Position numbers and translations under genes: made by a program
Assembly: GCA_965644265.1 (NCBI GenBank)
Contig: OZ286476.1
Coordinates: forward strand, 20,212,001-20,276,000
Length of the DNA stretch: 64,000 nt
Reading direction: 5' to 3'
From: Glycera tridactyla
Lineage: Eukaryota
Shown here: piece by piece, positions 27,401 through 40,610 of the stretch
Position numbering within the stretch: the stretch's first letter is position 1
How the letters are laid out: each line of letters begins with the position of its first letter
Notes under the pieces: generated by a model
The model's database searches: none
Told to the model about the DNA's origin: nothing
Seen by the model: the letters and a program-made list of their open reading frames with translations, nothing else

Positions 27401-27533
27401 GGTACAGGATTCAAACCTACCTCCGATGGTCTACAACATTCAATGAGCTTGGAAGATGTCGAGGGTGATGATTCAGCAGAGTTTAAACACCAACTAAACT
27501 CACTTACAAGCATTTTTAATAGATATGTTCATG
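27401..27533 (+). pseudogene. Decayed Ig exon remnant (GTGFKPTSDGLQHSMSLEDVEGDDSAEF...) inside the E-F intron
   Basis: Matches the DG-x-x-H-x-L-x-I-x-D-x-x-x-DD-x-AEF motif of neighbouring domains; no Trp strand and no good phase-1 donor. Confidence 0.55.
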
Positions 27534-27824
27534 AGTGTTCAGATGCAATCATGTTGCCACTTGTGAATTTTCCGAACAATGGGGTCACCTATGAACATTA
27601 TCATATCCCAGTTTGTGTTATAGTAATATGTGTCATCATACTTGTTTCGGCATGCATTTATATATGCACATTTTCAATCTTTATGGACCAAAGAAGGCAC
27701 AATTTGCAAAGCTAGGTATATGGATTGGAACACATCCAGAAAGTAGTAACTTCTAGGAAATAACACTTCTATATATGAAAATGATTCAGCATTGTGACCG
27801 TTACATTTTTCCTGATCACACCAG

Positions 27825-28094
27825 AACTACCAGTGACCTTCACAACACCACTCAAGGACACAAATGTCACAGAGGGCGATGGTGTTACGTTGGAATGTGA
27901 GACATCTAAGCCTGGCCAGAAGGTTGAATGGTTCAAAAATGGCAAGAAGATCCCCAAAACCGACAAGCGAGCATCGATTACTGTTGATGGCACAAAGCAT
28001 AAGCTGACCATGAAAGATGCCAAACTCGATGACACAGCAGAATATTCTGCTAAAGTTGGAGATGCTGATACTGCAGCAAAGCTGACTGTCTCAG
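27825..28094 (+). CDS. Ig exon F (ELPVTF...KLTVS), 270 nt
   Basis: caccag acceptor, G|gttagt donor. Confidence 0.9.
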
Positions 28095-28691
28095 GTTAGT
28101 TGTTGGTGCCATTCAAGTCCATATTGGTAATTATCAGAAATCACAATTGTTGGTGAATGTATACTTAATGTGAATTCTAGTCGGGGTATATAACATTACA
28201 ACGATGCACCAGAAAAGTCTCTAATTTAAGGTCTCAGCTGCTATGAATTGAACAATACTCATATAACAAGTTCAATGTGTTGTCCCCCCAAAATGGTGAT
28301 TGGCGGTATATAGGCCAGAAGTTATTTAAAACTGAAGGCGAGAGCCAATCATTCTTCAGATCTGGCACACAAATATTGGCTGGACTATTGAAACTCGAGG
28401 GCAATATCCTAGTCTTGTTGTCAATTTATGACAGAATATCTTTTGGATATAGATCAACAACATAGGCAAACACAATCCATGGGGTCAATACATGCTGTTG
28501 AGGTCCCACCACTCACTCATGCAACACAGTTTCTCTTAGTATATGCTGCAATGGCAATACTTGTAGAAACCACCTGTTGATTTATAACAATGAGTTACTT
28601 CTGTCTACATTAAAATTGCCAGGGTTTTATTGCACTATCTTCCTGCAATAACATTGAATATATCACAATATCTATGTCTAATCTTTTTTAG

Positions 28692-28961
28692 ACAAACCTG
28701 TGACATTCATTTCCCCATTGATGGATACTGAGGCAGTTGAAGGAGACAAGGTCGTACTTGAATGCGAGACAGCTAAACCAAACCAGAAGGTTGACTGGTA
28801 TAAGAATGGTAAAAAGATACCGAAGTCAGATAAACGTTCATCCATTTCGGTCGATGGTACGAAGCACAGCTTAACTTTGGATGATGCCAAGATTGATGAT
28901 ACTGCAGAATATTCTGCCAAAGTTGGTGATGAAGCTACTGTAGCCAATCTCACCGTCAAAG
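28692..28961 (+). CDS. Ig exon G (DKPVTF...NLTVK), 270 nt
   Basis: ttttag acceptor, G|gttagt donor. Confidence 0.92.
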
Positions 28962-29457
28962 GTTAGTTTGAATGGGAAATTTGTCTGATATCGAATAATC
29001 AGCTACAAGTGAATATGCAATCAGTCAACAGTAAAAGTAGATCGGTAAGATATACCATGATGAGGAAGTACTTGCTCAGTCACGGCTGAAAATATGCAGG
29101 GGCGATAGCCAGGCATGATATCATTTTCATAGTTCTGTATTGATCTGATTCAACTTTCTTGCGTATATACTTTATTCTTCTTAGTGCTAATATCTGTATG
29201 TACATGGATACGGCTGAATAAAGTTATTTTGAATTTTATGTATTTGGATGATATACTGACTTATGAATCATGTCAGTGACAGAGTGAATTTCTTGCTTTC
29301 ATCAATATTATAATATTGGAGGGAATATCAGAATTGATGGCATCATGTTATGCACTGCCTCGGCACTCTTTATTGATAATACATTTCAATGAACAGTCTG
29401 ATATTCCATAATTTGAAGTGGCATTTGTATATTCAGAATCAACTGTCTCCATTTTAG

Positions 29458-29727
29458 AAGCACCAGTGACCTTCACCACCCCTCTCAGTGACACAAGTGT
29501 CGTTGAGGGCGAAGATGTTACATTGGAGTGTGAAACATCCAAACCAGGTCAGAAAGTGGACTGGTATCGGGATGGAAAGAAGATCATGAAGTCCGACAAA
29601 AGGGCATCAGTCACATCAGATGGTCCTAAGCATAAACTGATAATCAAAGATGCTAAACCAGATGATGTAGCTGAATTTACTGCAAAAGTTGGGGATGCTG
29701 AAACAGCAGCAAAACTCTCAGTCTCAG
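29458..29727 (+). CDS. Ig exon H1 (EAPVTF...KLSVS), 270 nt
   Basis: ttttag acceptor, G|gtcagt donor. Confidence 0.92.
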
Positions 29728-30080
29728 GTCAGTGAGTCACATCATAAAAAGCGATATTTATAGGTCTCATCATATTGCCAACTTTCTATCTGTAGCTGCT
29801 CTATGCTATACGAATTATCATGGACTAAAGATATGATCACTTAATTGTTATCACATCATTCTCTGTGATGCAACTATCTTGCTGCTAAGTTGAAAATGAT
29901 GATTGAAAAATCTCATAGTTGGAATTGAATTAGTTTCTTAGTATATTCTCAGATTGATGATATTACATCAGAAATCCTGGAAATGTCAGGATTATTTCCA
30001 CACTCACTCTGCTAACTCCATGATGAAATCTATGATTCCAACGAACAGGTTTGTCAGCTTATCTCTCATTCCAATTTTAG

Positions 30081-30350
30081 AACGACCTCCTGCATTCACA
30101 TCACCTTTAGAGGACACCATTGCCACTGAAGGTGACACTGTGACCTTGGAGTGTGAGACGGCCAAACCTGACCAGAAAGTTGAGTGGTTCAGGAATGGCA
30201 AGAAGATTCTCAAATCAGATAAGCGGGCTTCAATTTCGGCTGATGGCACGAAACACAAGTTAACTGTGAAAGATTCCAAAGTTCCTGATACAGCAGAATA
30301 CTCTGCTAAAGTTGGTGATGAGGCAACTACTGCCAAACTTGATGTGAAAG
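30081..30350 (+). CDS. Ig exon I1 (ERPPAF...KLDVK), 270 nt
   Basis: ttttag acceptor, G|gtcagt donor. Confidence 0.92.
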
Positions 30351-31693
30351 GTCAGTTCAGTAGACATTGTTGAGATGCTATGCATAGCAGATGCATTATT
30401 CATTAATTGCAAGTCAATATTCATGCTTATCGCTGTTGCAACAAATGTCCCAGTGAATGATTTGTGTCCTGTCTGATCTGATACAAATCATTTCTTGTAT
30501 GGGTAGTTCTGTAGTTACTCAATGGATGTTATCAAGATTTAATGCTTTCAGTATTAACAGAATATTGCCAGACTCATGCTTGTTTGCTTCTAAGTATTGT
30601 GGCTGGAAATAATTGGTGTCCTAATCTGGAGGCCATATCTCACACCAATTTTCTTCTATTTGGTGTAAGACCCGGCCTCTTGATTCCATATTCCTTTCCA
30701 TACAATATATGGATTTTTCCTCCTAACATTAGAAACATTTTCTCACGCTAGTTTCTTCTTGTTTGATGTGTCAATTAACTTGAATGGTGATGGCACATTT
30801 TTTTTCTTCCTGTAGTTTTAGGGTCATGCTGTATGGATATGTCTGATATATTGATCAAGCTCTCATTTACCACACATTATGAATCATCATCTCATCTTCT
30901 TTGCTGTTGAATAACAGATATTTGCTGACTTGTCTAGGCCATTCATTTACTTTGCTTGCTTTTGCAATTCTTGCTGTTCCCAGTTGATGTAATTATTGAT
31001 TATAATGCTATTATTGCATGAAATAATCATTTTCCTCTGATCCACCTCTTCATATTGTCTTGTGCCTCTATCTCATTCTGCTATATATTCTAACTGTTGA
31101 TTGATGATGCTATTGTTGGAGCTGTATAAGATTATGTATGTCTCATCTATATGAATATCTACATGTTTCCCATCTCGCAAACAATATAGAATGATGTGGT
31201 TTAATTTTCATTTTGTACTCTTTATTTACTTTTCCATAACTTTCCCTTTCAGTGATGTGGGAATGGAGTGAGTGAATTTCAAACTGGGCAGTAACATTTT
31301 CATGTCACTTTCGATCACTTTTCTGGTAGTATAGCTGACTTCAGCATTGTCTGTATATCCTTGGAAGTGATTTAATTTTGGACGCTTTCTCTTGACAAGA
31401 CTTCACCATCCTTTCCTTGCATCTATCCATTTTATATGATTGATTTGATGAGCAGAGCAATAGAATTTGTCATGAAAGTGTCCTCGTTTCCCTTGTGAAA
31501 GCTACATCAAGCAATTAACATGTGTGGACTACACATACGACAAATTGATGCTTCTTCAAATAAGAATTTTGTTTTGGGTATCAATTCAAATTATATTGTG
31601 GACTTCTGTTGAAGTTTCCAGTGAACCAAGATAACCCCTCATGGTATATCATATGACCATTTGCATGATTGACACCCGCCATCTCCATTTTAG

Positions 31694-31963
31694 AAGCACC
31701 AGTGACCTTCACCACCCCTCTCAGCGACACAAGTGTCGTTGAGGGAGAAGATGTTACATTGGAGTGTGAGACATCCAAACCAGGTCAGAAAGTGGACTGG
31801 TTCCGGGATGGAAAGAAGATCATGAAGTCCGACAAAAGGGCATCAGTCACATCAGATGGTCCTAAGCATAAACTGACAATCAAAGATGCTAAACCAGATG
31901 ATGTAGCTGAATTCACTGCAAAAGTTGGGGATGTTGAAACAGCAGCAAAGCTCTCAGTCTCAG
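31694..31963 (+). CDS. Ig exon H2, 270 nt
   Basis: ttttag acceptor, G|gtcagt donor. Confidence 0.92.
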
Positions 31964-32480
31964 GTCAGTGAGTCACATTGTGAAGAGTGATATTTATAGG
32001 TGTAATCATAACTTTCTATCTGTAGCTGCTCGTTCGCTGTATGGATCATTATGGATCAAAAACACAATAGTTGAGTTGCTATCACATCATTTCTGTGATG
32101 CAACTTCTGGGCCGCTAGGCTGAAAATGATGATTGAAAAATATCCCTCCTGGAATTGAATCAATTCTAAACTTCCGGGTTCCCAATTTCCCATCAGCAGC
32201 TGCTCCCTGGCTCTTTGAATCATCATAGACTATGGTTATAATAATTTAGTTATCACATCAATCTGTGGTTCAGTTATTTGGCTGCTAGGCTGAAAATGAT
32301 GATTGAACAATAATCCAGCTGGATTGGATCATATTCTTCATGTATTCTCTGATTGATAATGTCACATCAGAAGTTGTGCAGATGCTGGAATCATTTTTGT
32401 ATACTCACTCTGCTTTCTCCATGATGAGATCATGATGCCAACCAACAGGTTTGTCAGCTTATTTCTCATTCCAATTTTAG

Positions 32481-32750
32481 AACGACCTCCTGCATTCACA
32501 TCACCTTTAGAGGACACCATTGCCACTGAAGGTGACACTGTGACCTTGGAGTGTGAGACGGCCAAACCTGACCAGAAAGTTGACTGGTTCAGGAATGGCA
32601 AGAAGATTCTCAAATCAGATAAGCGGGCTTCAATTTCGGTTGATGGCACAAAACACAAGTTAACTGTGAACGATTCCAAAGTTCCTGATACAGCAGAATA
32701 CTCTGCTAAAGTTGGTGATGAGGCTACCACTGCCAAACTTGATGTGCAAG
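32481..32750 (+). CDS. Ig exon I2, 270 nt
   Basis: ttttag acceptor, G|gtcagt donor. Confidence 0.92.
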
Positions 32751-34065
32751 GTCAGTTCAGTAGTCATTGTTAGAATGCTATGCATAGCAGATGCATCGTT
32801 TATTAATTGCAAGTCAATATTCATGCTTATCGCTGTTGCAACAGATGTCCCAGTGAATGATTTATGTCCTGTCTTGGCGGTCTCATCTGACACAAATCAT
32901 TTCTGGTATGGCCAGTTCAGTAGTTGCTCGATGGATGTCTTCACGATTCAATGCTTTCAATATTTACAGAATGTTGTCAGACTCATGCTTCTTTGCCTTC
33001 TAGTATTGTCGCTGAAAATAGTTGATTTCTGAGTTGGAGGTCATATTTGGCAGTAATTATTCTATCGTTCATGTCAAAACACACTTCGTCGTTGTATTTT
33101 TTTTTTAGACAGTATATTCATTTTTTTTCATCCTAACATTAGAAGCAATTCCTCACACTAGTTTTCTCTGGTTCGATGTGTCAATCCACTTCATGGAAGT
33201 GAATGGTGGTGAAACATCTCTCCAAGCTTCACTTCTTAATCAAGTTTTAGGGTCACTGTATGAGTAAGTCTAATATATGGATCAAGCTCTCATTCATCAC
33301 ATATTTTAAGTCATCCTCTAATCTTCACTGTGATTAACAAATGTTTGGCGACATGTCAAGGTCATATATTCACGTTGCTTGGTTTTGAAATTCTCGCTGT
33401 TTTCAGTTGGTGGTAGTTATCAATTGCAATGCTGATATTGCATGGAATACTCATTTCCCATTCTCATCTGATTCACCCACTCATATTGTCTGATTGTTGA
33501 TTCTATTATTTTAGGGCTGTATGAGATCAGTTATATCTCATCTAAATGAATATCTACATATTTTCTATCTTGCACACTATACAAGGTCGACTGATATTGT
33601 CCAAATTTCAAGTTGTCCTCTTCTGCTGACATTTTCATAGCCCTCTCTTTCAGTGATGTGATGAAAGAGTGTGTGAAATTCAAAATGGAAACAGCACTTC
33701 CATGTCAGTTTTGAACGACAGGAGTTAATCATTTCCTTCCATTTATCCATTAAGTATGACAAATCCAGAGGGGAGCAATAGAGAATCTAGGTGCTAGTGA
33801 TTGAGTCACATGCAGCGAGAGAGTATTCACTGACCCAGTCTTCTGCAGTGTCTTGTCTTCAAATGATCAGCATGTATTCAGTGAAAGTCACATCAAGAGG
33901 TCAACATGTGTGGACAATCAATACTTCAAATAAGAATGAGATTCTGGATATCAATTCAAATTATTTTGCAGACTTCTGTTGAAGTCTTTGAGAGCACTAA
34001 GGTAACAACTCATGGTATTATTGTATTACAGTTTGTATGATTGAAACCTCCCATCTTCATTTTAG

Positions 34066-34335
34066 AAGCACCAGTTACCTTTACCACCCCTCTCAGCGAC
34101 ACAAGTATCCTTGAGGGCGAAGATGTTACATTGGAGTGTGAGACATCCAAACCAGGTCAGAAAGTGGACTGGTATCGTGATGGAAAGAAGATCATGAAGT
34201 CCGACAAAAGGGCATCAGTCACATCAGATGGTCCTAAGCATAAATTGACAATCAAAGATGCTAAACCAGATGATGTAGCTGAATTCACTGCAAAAGTTTG
34301 GGATGTTGAAACAGCAGCAAAGCTCTCAGTCTCAG
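34066..34335 (+). CDS. Ig exon H3, 270 nt (carries a Gly-to-Trp change)
   Basis: ttttag acceptor, G|gtcagt donor. Confidence 0.9.
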
Positions 34336-34852
34336 GTCAGTGAGTCACATTATGGGAAGTGATATCTATAAGTGTTCTCAAATTCTCTTTGTAAACCTAT
34401 GTGTCCAACTTCCATCAGTAGCTGCTTATTGCTCTATGGATCATCATAGTTCATATACAACACTCTAGTTGTCATTGCATCACTGTCTCTGATGCAACTA
34501 TTCGGCTGCTAGGCTGAAAATGATCATGAACCATATTCTATCTGGAATTGAATCAGTTTCTAAATTTCAGTGTCCAATTTCACATAAGTAGCTGTTCTTT
34601 TGCTCTTTGAATCATCAAAGACTATGAATAAAATGATCCAGTTATCACATCACTCTCGATGTAGTTATCCGGCTGCTGGGCTGAAAATAATGATTGAACA
34701 ATGCTGTGGCTGGACTGAATTAGTTTCTTTGTATATTGTCTGATTGGTAGTATCGCATAAGAAATTTTGCAGATGGCAGCATTATTCTTGCAAACTCACT
34801 GTGCTTACTCCCTGATGAGATCATGTCAGCTTCTCTCTTGTCCCGGTTTTAG

Positions 34853-35122
34853 AACGACCACCTGCATTCACATCACCTTTAGAGGATACCACTGCCACTG
34901 AAGGTGACTCTGTGACCTTGGTGTGTGAGACAGCCAAACCTGAACAGAAGGTTGACTGGTTCAGGAATGGCAAGAAGATTCTCAAATCAGATAAGCGGGC
35001 TTCAATTTCGGCTGATGGCACGAAACACAAGTTAACTGTGAAAGATGCCAAAGTTCCTGATACAGCAGAATACTCTGCTAAAGTCGGTGATGAGGCTACC
35101 ACTGCCAAACTTGATGTGCAAG
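34853..35122 (+). CDS. Ig exon I3, 270 nt
   Basis: ttttag acceptor, G|gtcagt donor. Confidence 0.92.
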
Positions 35123-36297
35123 GTCAGTTCAGTAGTCATTGTTGAGATGCTATGCATAGAGGATGCATTATTCATTAACCGCGAGTCATTATTCATGCTT
35201 ATAGCTGTTGCAACAAATGTTCCAGTGGATGATTTGTGTCCTGTCTTGGCTGTCTGATCTGACACAAATCATTCCTGGTATGGTCTGTTCGGTAGTTGCT
35301 CGATGGATGTGATCAGGATTAGGTGTTTTCAATATTGACAGAATGTTGTTAATCTCATGCTTGTTTGGTTTCAAGTGTTCGGTGCCTTGTTTTGGAGATT
35401 ATATCCAACACCAATCATTCTTTTGTCATGTGTATTTATTCTGTAGTCCTTTTTAGGATATATTTTGTTTTATTATCCTAACATTAGAACATTTTCTCAC
35501 TATCTAGATCTCTTTTGGTTGGTGTGTCGATTCACTCTATATAGGTGAACATTGGTGGCTTATTTCCTTTTTTTTTCACCAAATGGGTTAGCAGTGTTCT
35601 GTTCTTTTGACATATTTTAGTCGTTTTGTCAGATAAAATACAGGTGAGTTATTGCCAGAAACAGTATTAATCTTTTTACTGTGGTGTTTTTCTCTTTTTG
35701 CCTTGGTTGGCATGACAAATTTCATGCTTTCATACTTATATTCATATTGGTTGGGTTGGTATTTGTTTGTCAGATAATTGAGTTTATGTTTTTGAGATAG
35801 TGGCATACATTATTTCTATCTCAGTCAAAATTTGTGTTTTGAGTTAGTACTATTTAATATATCTAGAAATTCTTAATTATGAGTGATTCCTTAATCTCTT
35901 CTTGGGAAATATCAGCTATACGTTAATTTGAAGATACAGTACCTGTGGGCTAAGGTTCATACTACTATTCATAAACACAAGAGATATTCGTATTTATCTC
36001 ATTGAAAGACTGTCAGTCATGATATAAGCTACAATGTTTCAGAAGTTATGCATTTGGTAAATTTTGTCAAAGATCAAATTGACCTGCATATTATATTCGA
36101 GGATGTTAATACTGGTATAAGTTATATTGAATAATAAAATAAGGCGGAGAATTGACTATGCATGCTTCATGTTCGTATGGAGGATTCCATCACTGTTGCA
36201 TCACCCGGACATTTCACCTCGATTTACTCCCTGAAGTCCATGATTCACTCCTGTCTTTCGAAATTCATGCCTATACACTATTCATCAGAAGCATATA

Positions 36298-36457
36298 CAG
36301 TCAAACCTGTCTATAAAGACCGCCTTCGGTCGCATCGAAAAGCGGTCTTTATGGGCAGGTGGTCTTTATAGAGAGGACATCTACTGTTGAAAATACTACC
36401 ACATTCGCAGCTCAGGTGGTCTTTATAGAGAGGTGGTCTTAAGAGCAGGTTCAACTG
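36298..36457. mobile_element. TA-flanked MITE (Tc1/mariner-pogo-like CAGT...ACTG ends)
   Basis: TA|cagtcaaacctgtctataaagacc ... ggtcttaagagcaggttcaactg|TA; imperfect TIR. Confidence 0.75.
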
Positions 36458-36665
36458 TATATGTTATTCTTCCTTTAAGTCAGTGCATGCATTCATGGGT
36501 GATTATATTCCTTGTAACTGGGTATTTTCCTGGTCCAGTAACTTGATCACTCAGAACTAATGTAGTATTGCCTATAGTCGTTCACAATTCATATACAATT
36601 TCATGTTGATGTTCCCTACAACTATCTTCTCATCTATTCTCATCCTTGTTTTACTTCCATTTTAG

Positions 36666-39600
36666 AATCTCCATCATTCATTTCTCCTGTCCCTACCTTG
36701 GTTGACCAGTCTACCATCCTATCTACTGATGTTCATCATGATTTGTCATTAAGCTCTGAGCTATCTCAAACTGATCTCAATGCTGAAGATGAAGCTGGTC
36801 ACTCTCCCACTGGAAATGTAGAACTTTCTCCCATGGAGGAAGTCCCTTCTCAGGCAGCATTTCATGGAGTTTCTCCTACTGGAGTTGAAGCACTTTCTCC
36901 TACTGAAGAGGAAGAGATACCTTCCATCATCGTTACTACTGAAGGTGATGAGATGGCATCTTCCATGGAAGTATCTGTTGTATCCATGGTAACTGAAAGC
37001 GAAGACATTTCCTCCTCACTTGAAACTAAATCACCACCCTCTTCTGATGGGAAAGAAGTAACTTTCCCTACTGAGGATGAGAAGTTGTTTTCTACCTCCA
37101 CTGCCTCTTCCACTGAAAGTGTAGTATTGTCTCCTACTGAAGACAGAGTACCCTCTACCATCACAGATGTAACTATTCCCTTCCCAGAAGTAGTTTCTTT
37201 CCCCAATGAGAAACAAGTACCTCCTGGAGCTGAAGATGTACCCTTGCTACTTGAAGGTCAGGAAATACTGAGTCCCATAGAAGATGAAGCATCCTCTTCA
37301 CTTGAGGATGATATACTCAGTTCTAGTGGAATTAAAGTGACCTGTTCCATTCATGATGAAGTACCCACTCTGATAAAAGATGGAGTATCATCTCCCATCA
37401 AAGGTGACATTCTCTCTCCCATTGGAGTCGAAAAGGCATCTCCTGCTGCTGAGGATGAGGGACTATCTTGTTCCACTATCGGTGAAGGGGCACTGGGTCC
37501 TCTTGAAGATGAAGATAAACCTTCTCTCTCTGGAGGTGAAGATGTACTCTCTCTCTCTGAAGGCTCACCCTCTGAAGATGATGTGCCCAGTCCTTCTGAA
37601 GGTAGAGAGGTACCTTCTCCCACTGAAATTAAAGAATCCTCTGCCACTGGAGCCGAGGAAGGTCAGGAAGTACTGAGTCCAATGGGAGATGAAGTACCCT
37701 CTCCATTCGATGGTGATGTTCCCAGTCCTACTGAAGTTGAAGTACCTTCTTTTCATGGTGAGGTACCCACTCTGATTGAAGGTGGAGTAACCTCTTCAAT
37801 TGAGAGTGGACTTCCCTCTCCCACTGAAGTTGAAAAAGAATCTTCTGCTGTAAAAGAGAGCCTCGGTCACTTTGGGGATGAGGATGTACTTTATCTCTCT
37901 GAAGGTAATGATGTGTCTTTGCCTTCTAAATGTGATGATGTACCTTCGTTCACTGAAGGTGAAGATGTACTTTCTCTCACTGAAAGTGAACTACTCTTTC
38001 CAACTGAAGGTAAAGAAGTACCTATTTCTCCTGAAGGTGGGGAGGTACCTTCTCTCACTATAAGTGAACCACCGTCGCCCACAGGAGTCGAAGATGTACC
38101 CGTGGTCCTTGAAGGTCAGGAAGTACCAGGTCCAATGGAAGATGGTGATGTATCAAGTCCTACAGAAGGTCGAGTACCTTCTCTCGTTGGTGGTGGAATC
38201 CACAGTCTGATTGAAAGTGAAGTTCTTGCTCCGGTCAATCCTGAAAGGGCATCTTATACTGAAGATGAGGCAGTATCTTATTCTACCGCTAGTGAAGAGG
38301 CCCTGGATCTTTTTGAAGATGTACCAAAGCTCTCTGAAGTTGAAGAGGTGCTTCTTCCAACTTATGGTGAAAAAGTACCTATTCGTCCTGAAGGTGAAGA
38401 GGTACATCCTCTAACTGTGTGTAAACTACCATCCGCCACTGATAGTGAAGATGTACCCTTGGTCCCTGAAGGTCAGGAAGTACCATTTCCCATGGAAGAT
38501 GAATTCGCCACTCCACTTGATGGTGATCTACCATGTCCTACTGAAGGTAAAGTACCCGGTCCCATTCATGGTGAGGTACCCACTCCAATTGATGATGGAA
38601 TATCCTCTGCATATGGAAGTGGACTTCCCTCTCCCATTGAAGTTGGAAAGGCATCTTCTCCTGAAGATGAGGCACTGTCTTGTTCCACTTTTGATGAAGA
38701 GGCCATAGGCCCCTTTCAAGGTGAAAATGTACCTTCACTCTATGAAGGTGAAGATGTACTCTCTCTCACTGAACATGATGTCTCCCCTCCTACAGAAGTT
38801 GAACAGGTGTTCTCTCTCACTGACGGAGGTGTATCCAGTCCTCCTGGAGGTGAAGAGGTGCCTCCTTTCACTGAAAGTAAACCACCCTCTGTCACTGAAA
38901 CTGATGATACAACCTTGCTCCTTGAAGGACAGCAAGCACCGAGTCCCATGAAGGAAGAAGTGCCCTCTCCATTTGATGGTGATGTTCCCAGTCCTGCTGA
39001 AGTTGAAGTACCCTCCTCTATTCATGGTGAAGTGCCCACTCTGATTGAAGGTGGGTTATCCTCTCCCATTGAAAGTGGACTTCCCTCTCCCACTGAAATT
39101 GAGAATGTATCTCCTGCTGAGGATGAGAGAACAGATTCCTCTGGAGGTGATGATGTGCCTGCTACCTATGAAGGTGAAGATGCATCTTCATTCACTGGAC
39201 TTGATGTAGCCTCTCCTGAAGGTGAACAAGGAATCTTACCCACTGAAGATGATGTACCCAGTCCTCCTGAAGGTGAAGAAGTACCTTCTCCCACTGAATG
39301 TGAAGTGTTAATCCCCACTGATGTTGTAGAAGTGCCTCCTATCTTTGAAAATGATATACCCATTCCTGTCAAATGTGAAGTTTCTTCTCCCTCTGAAGGT
39401 ATGGTACCCTCTACCATGGAAGATGAGAGAGTCTCATCTCCCACTAGAGATGAAGACTCTTCTGGTCCCATCGAAGGGGGAGCAGGCAGACTAACTAGAG
39501 ATAAAAAAGAACATGATCCCACTGAAGATACAGCTCCTATTCCCACTAAATTGGATGCATTCAGCCTCCTACCTGAAGTGGAACCTACCTTCCCCATTGA

Positions 39601-40610
39601 GACTGCAGAAGTACTATCTTCTACTGAAGGTGAAGAAGTACCCACACCTGATGAAAATCAGGAGGTACCCAGCACCACTGAAAGTAAAATAATCTCTTCC
39701 ATTAAAGGTAGCAAAGTAACAAGCAGACTGACAGAAGTTGAAGAAGCACATTTTCCCATTGAAGATATAGAAGCTCCCATCCCCTCTGAACTAGATGCAC
39801 TGGATCTCCATACCAAAGAAGAACCCACCTCTCCTGGTCAGTGTGCAGAAGTACCATCTCCTAATGAAGGTGAAGTACCCCCTCCTATTGAAAGAAGGGA
39901 GTTACCCGGCACCACTGAAAGTAAACGATCCTATCTTATTGAAAGTAGCAAGGTAACAAGCAAACCAGCAGAAGTTGGAGAAGCATGTGGTCCCACTGAA
40001 GATATAGAAGTTCCCATTCCCTCTGAATTGGATGCATCAGGACTCCTCACTGTAGATTCTACCTCCCACACTGAATGGGCAGATGTTCCTTCTTGTACTG
40101 AGGGCAGAGAAGTACTCTCCACTATCAAAGGTGATGAGTTACCCTGCACCATTGAAAATAAGCTACACTATCCCATCGAAGGGGATGGGGTATCTTCATC
40201 CAGTGAAGGAGAAGTTTCTTCTTCCACAAAGGGTGTTCCTGCTTTCACCAAAGCTGACAGAGCACCCACTCCCACAGACAGCAAAGTATCTGCTCCGGTA
40301 CAAACAGAATATGTAGTTCCCCCCACTGACTTGAGATCTCAGACTGCCAGCACACCTATTGAAGGTGAATTTGTACCTTCACCCACTGCTCCACCTGAAT
40401 GTAAATTGGTACATTCTGCTTCTCCCATTGGAGGTGATATGCCCCCTCCCACTGCTCCGTCTGATGATGGGGTCAGGGCGCTAGGCCATGATGATGCTGG
40501 AGAGACAGATGTGGCCAAGCCAAGTCTGGAACATGTATCTAGTGATGAATCTGATGAACATTCAGCTGAGGATGATCATTTAGGGACAGAAGCAAAACTG
40601 TACAAGAAAG
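36666..40610 (+). CDS. Giant PEVK-like exon (E/P/S/V/T/D/G-rich, Lys-poor), 3945 nt = 1315 codons, phase 1-1
   Basis: ccattttag acceptor, uninterrupted ORF, AAG AAA G|gtcagt donor; internal repeats. Confidence 0.9.

Noticed and set aside
4035-35122. Dscam-like mutually exclusive exon clusters or CRISPR-like array
   Set aside because: Exons are symmetric, separated by normal-sized introns and alternate in type, so co-inclusion is in frame; no docking/selector sequences or repeat-spacer structure were seen
36862-40316. Short alternative-frame and antisense ORFs within the giant exon
   Set aside because: By-products of low-complexity coding sequence
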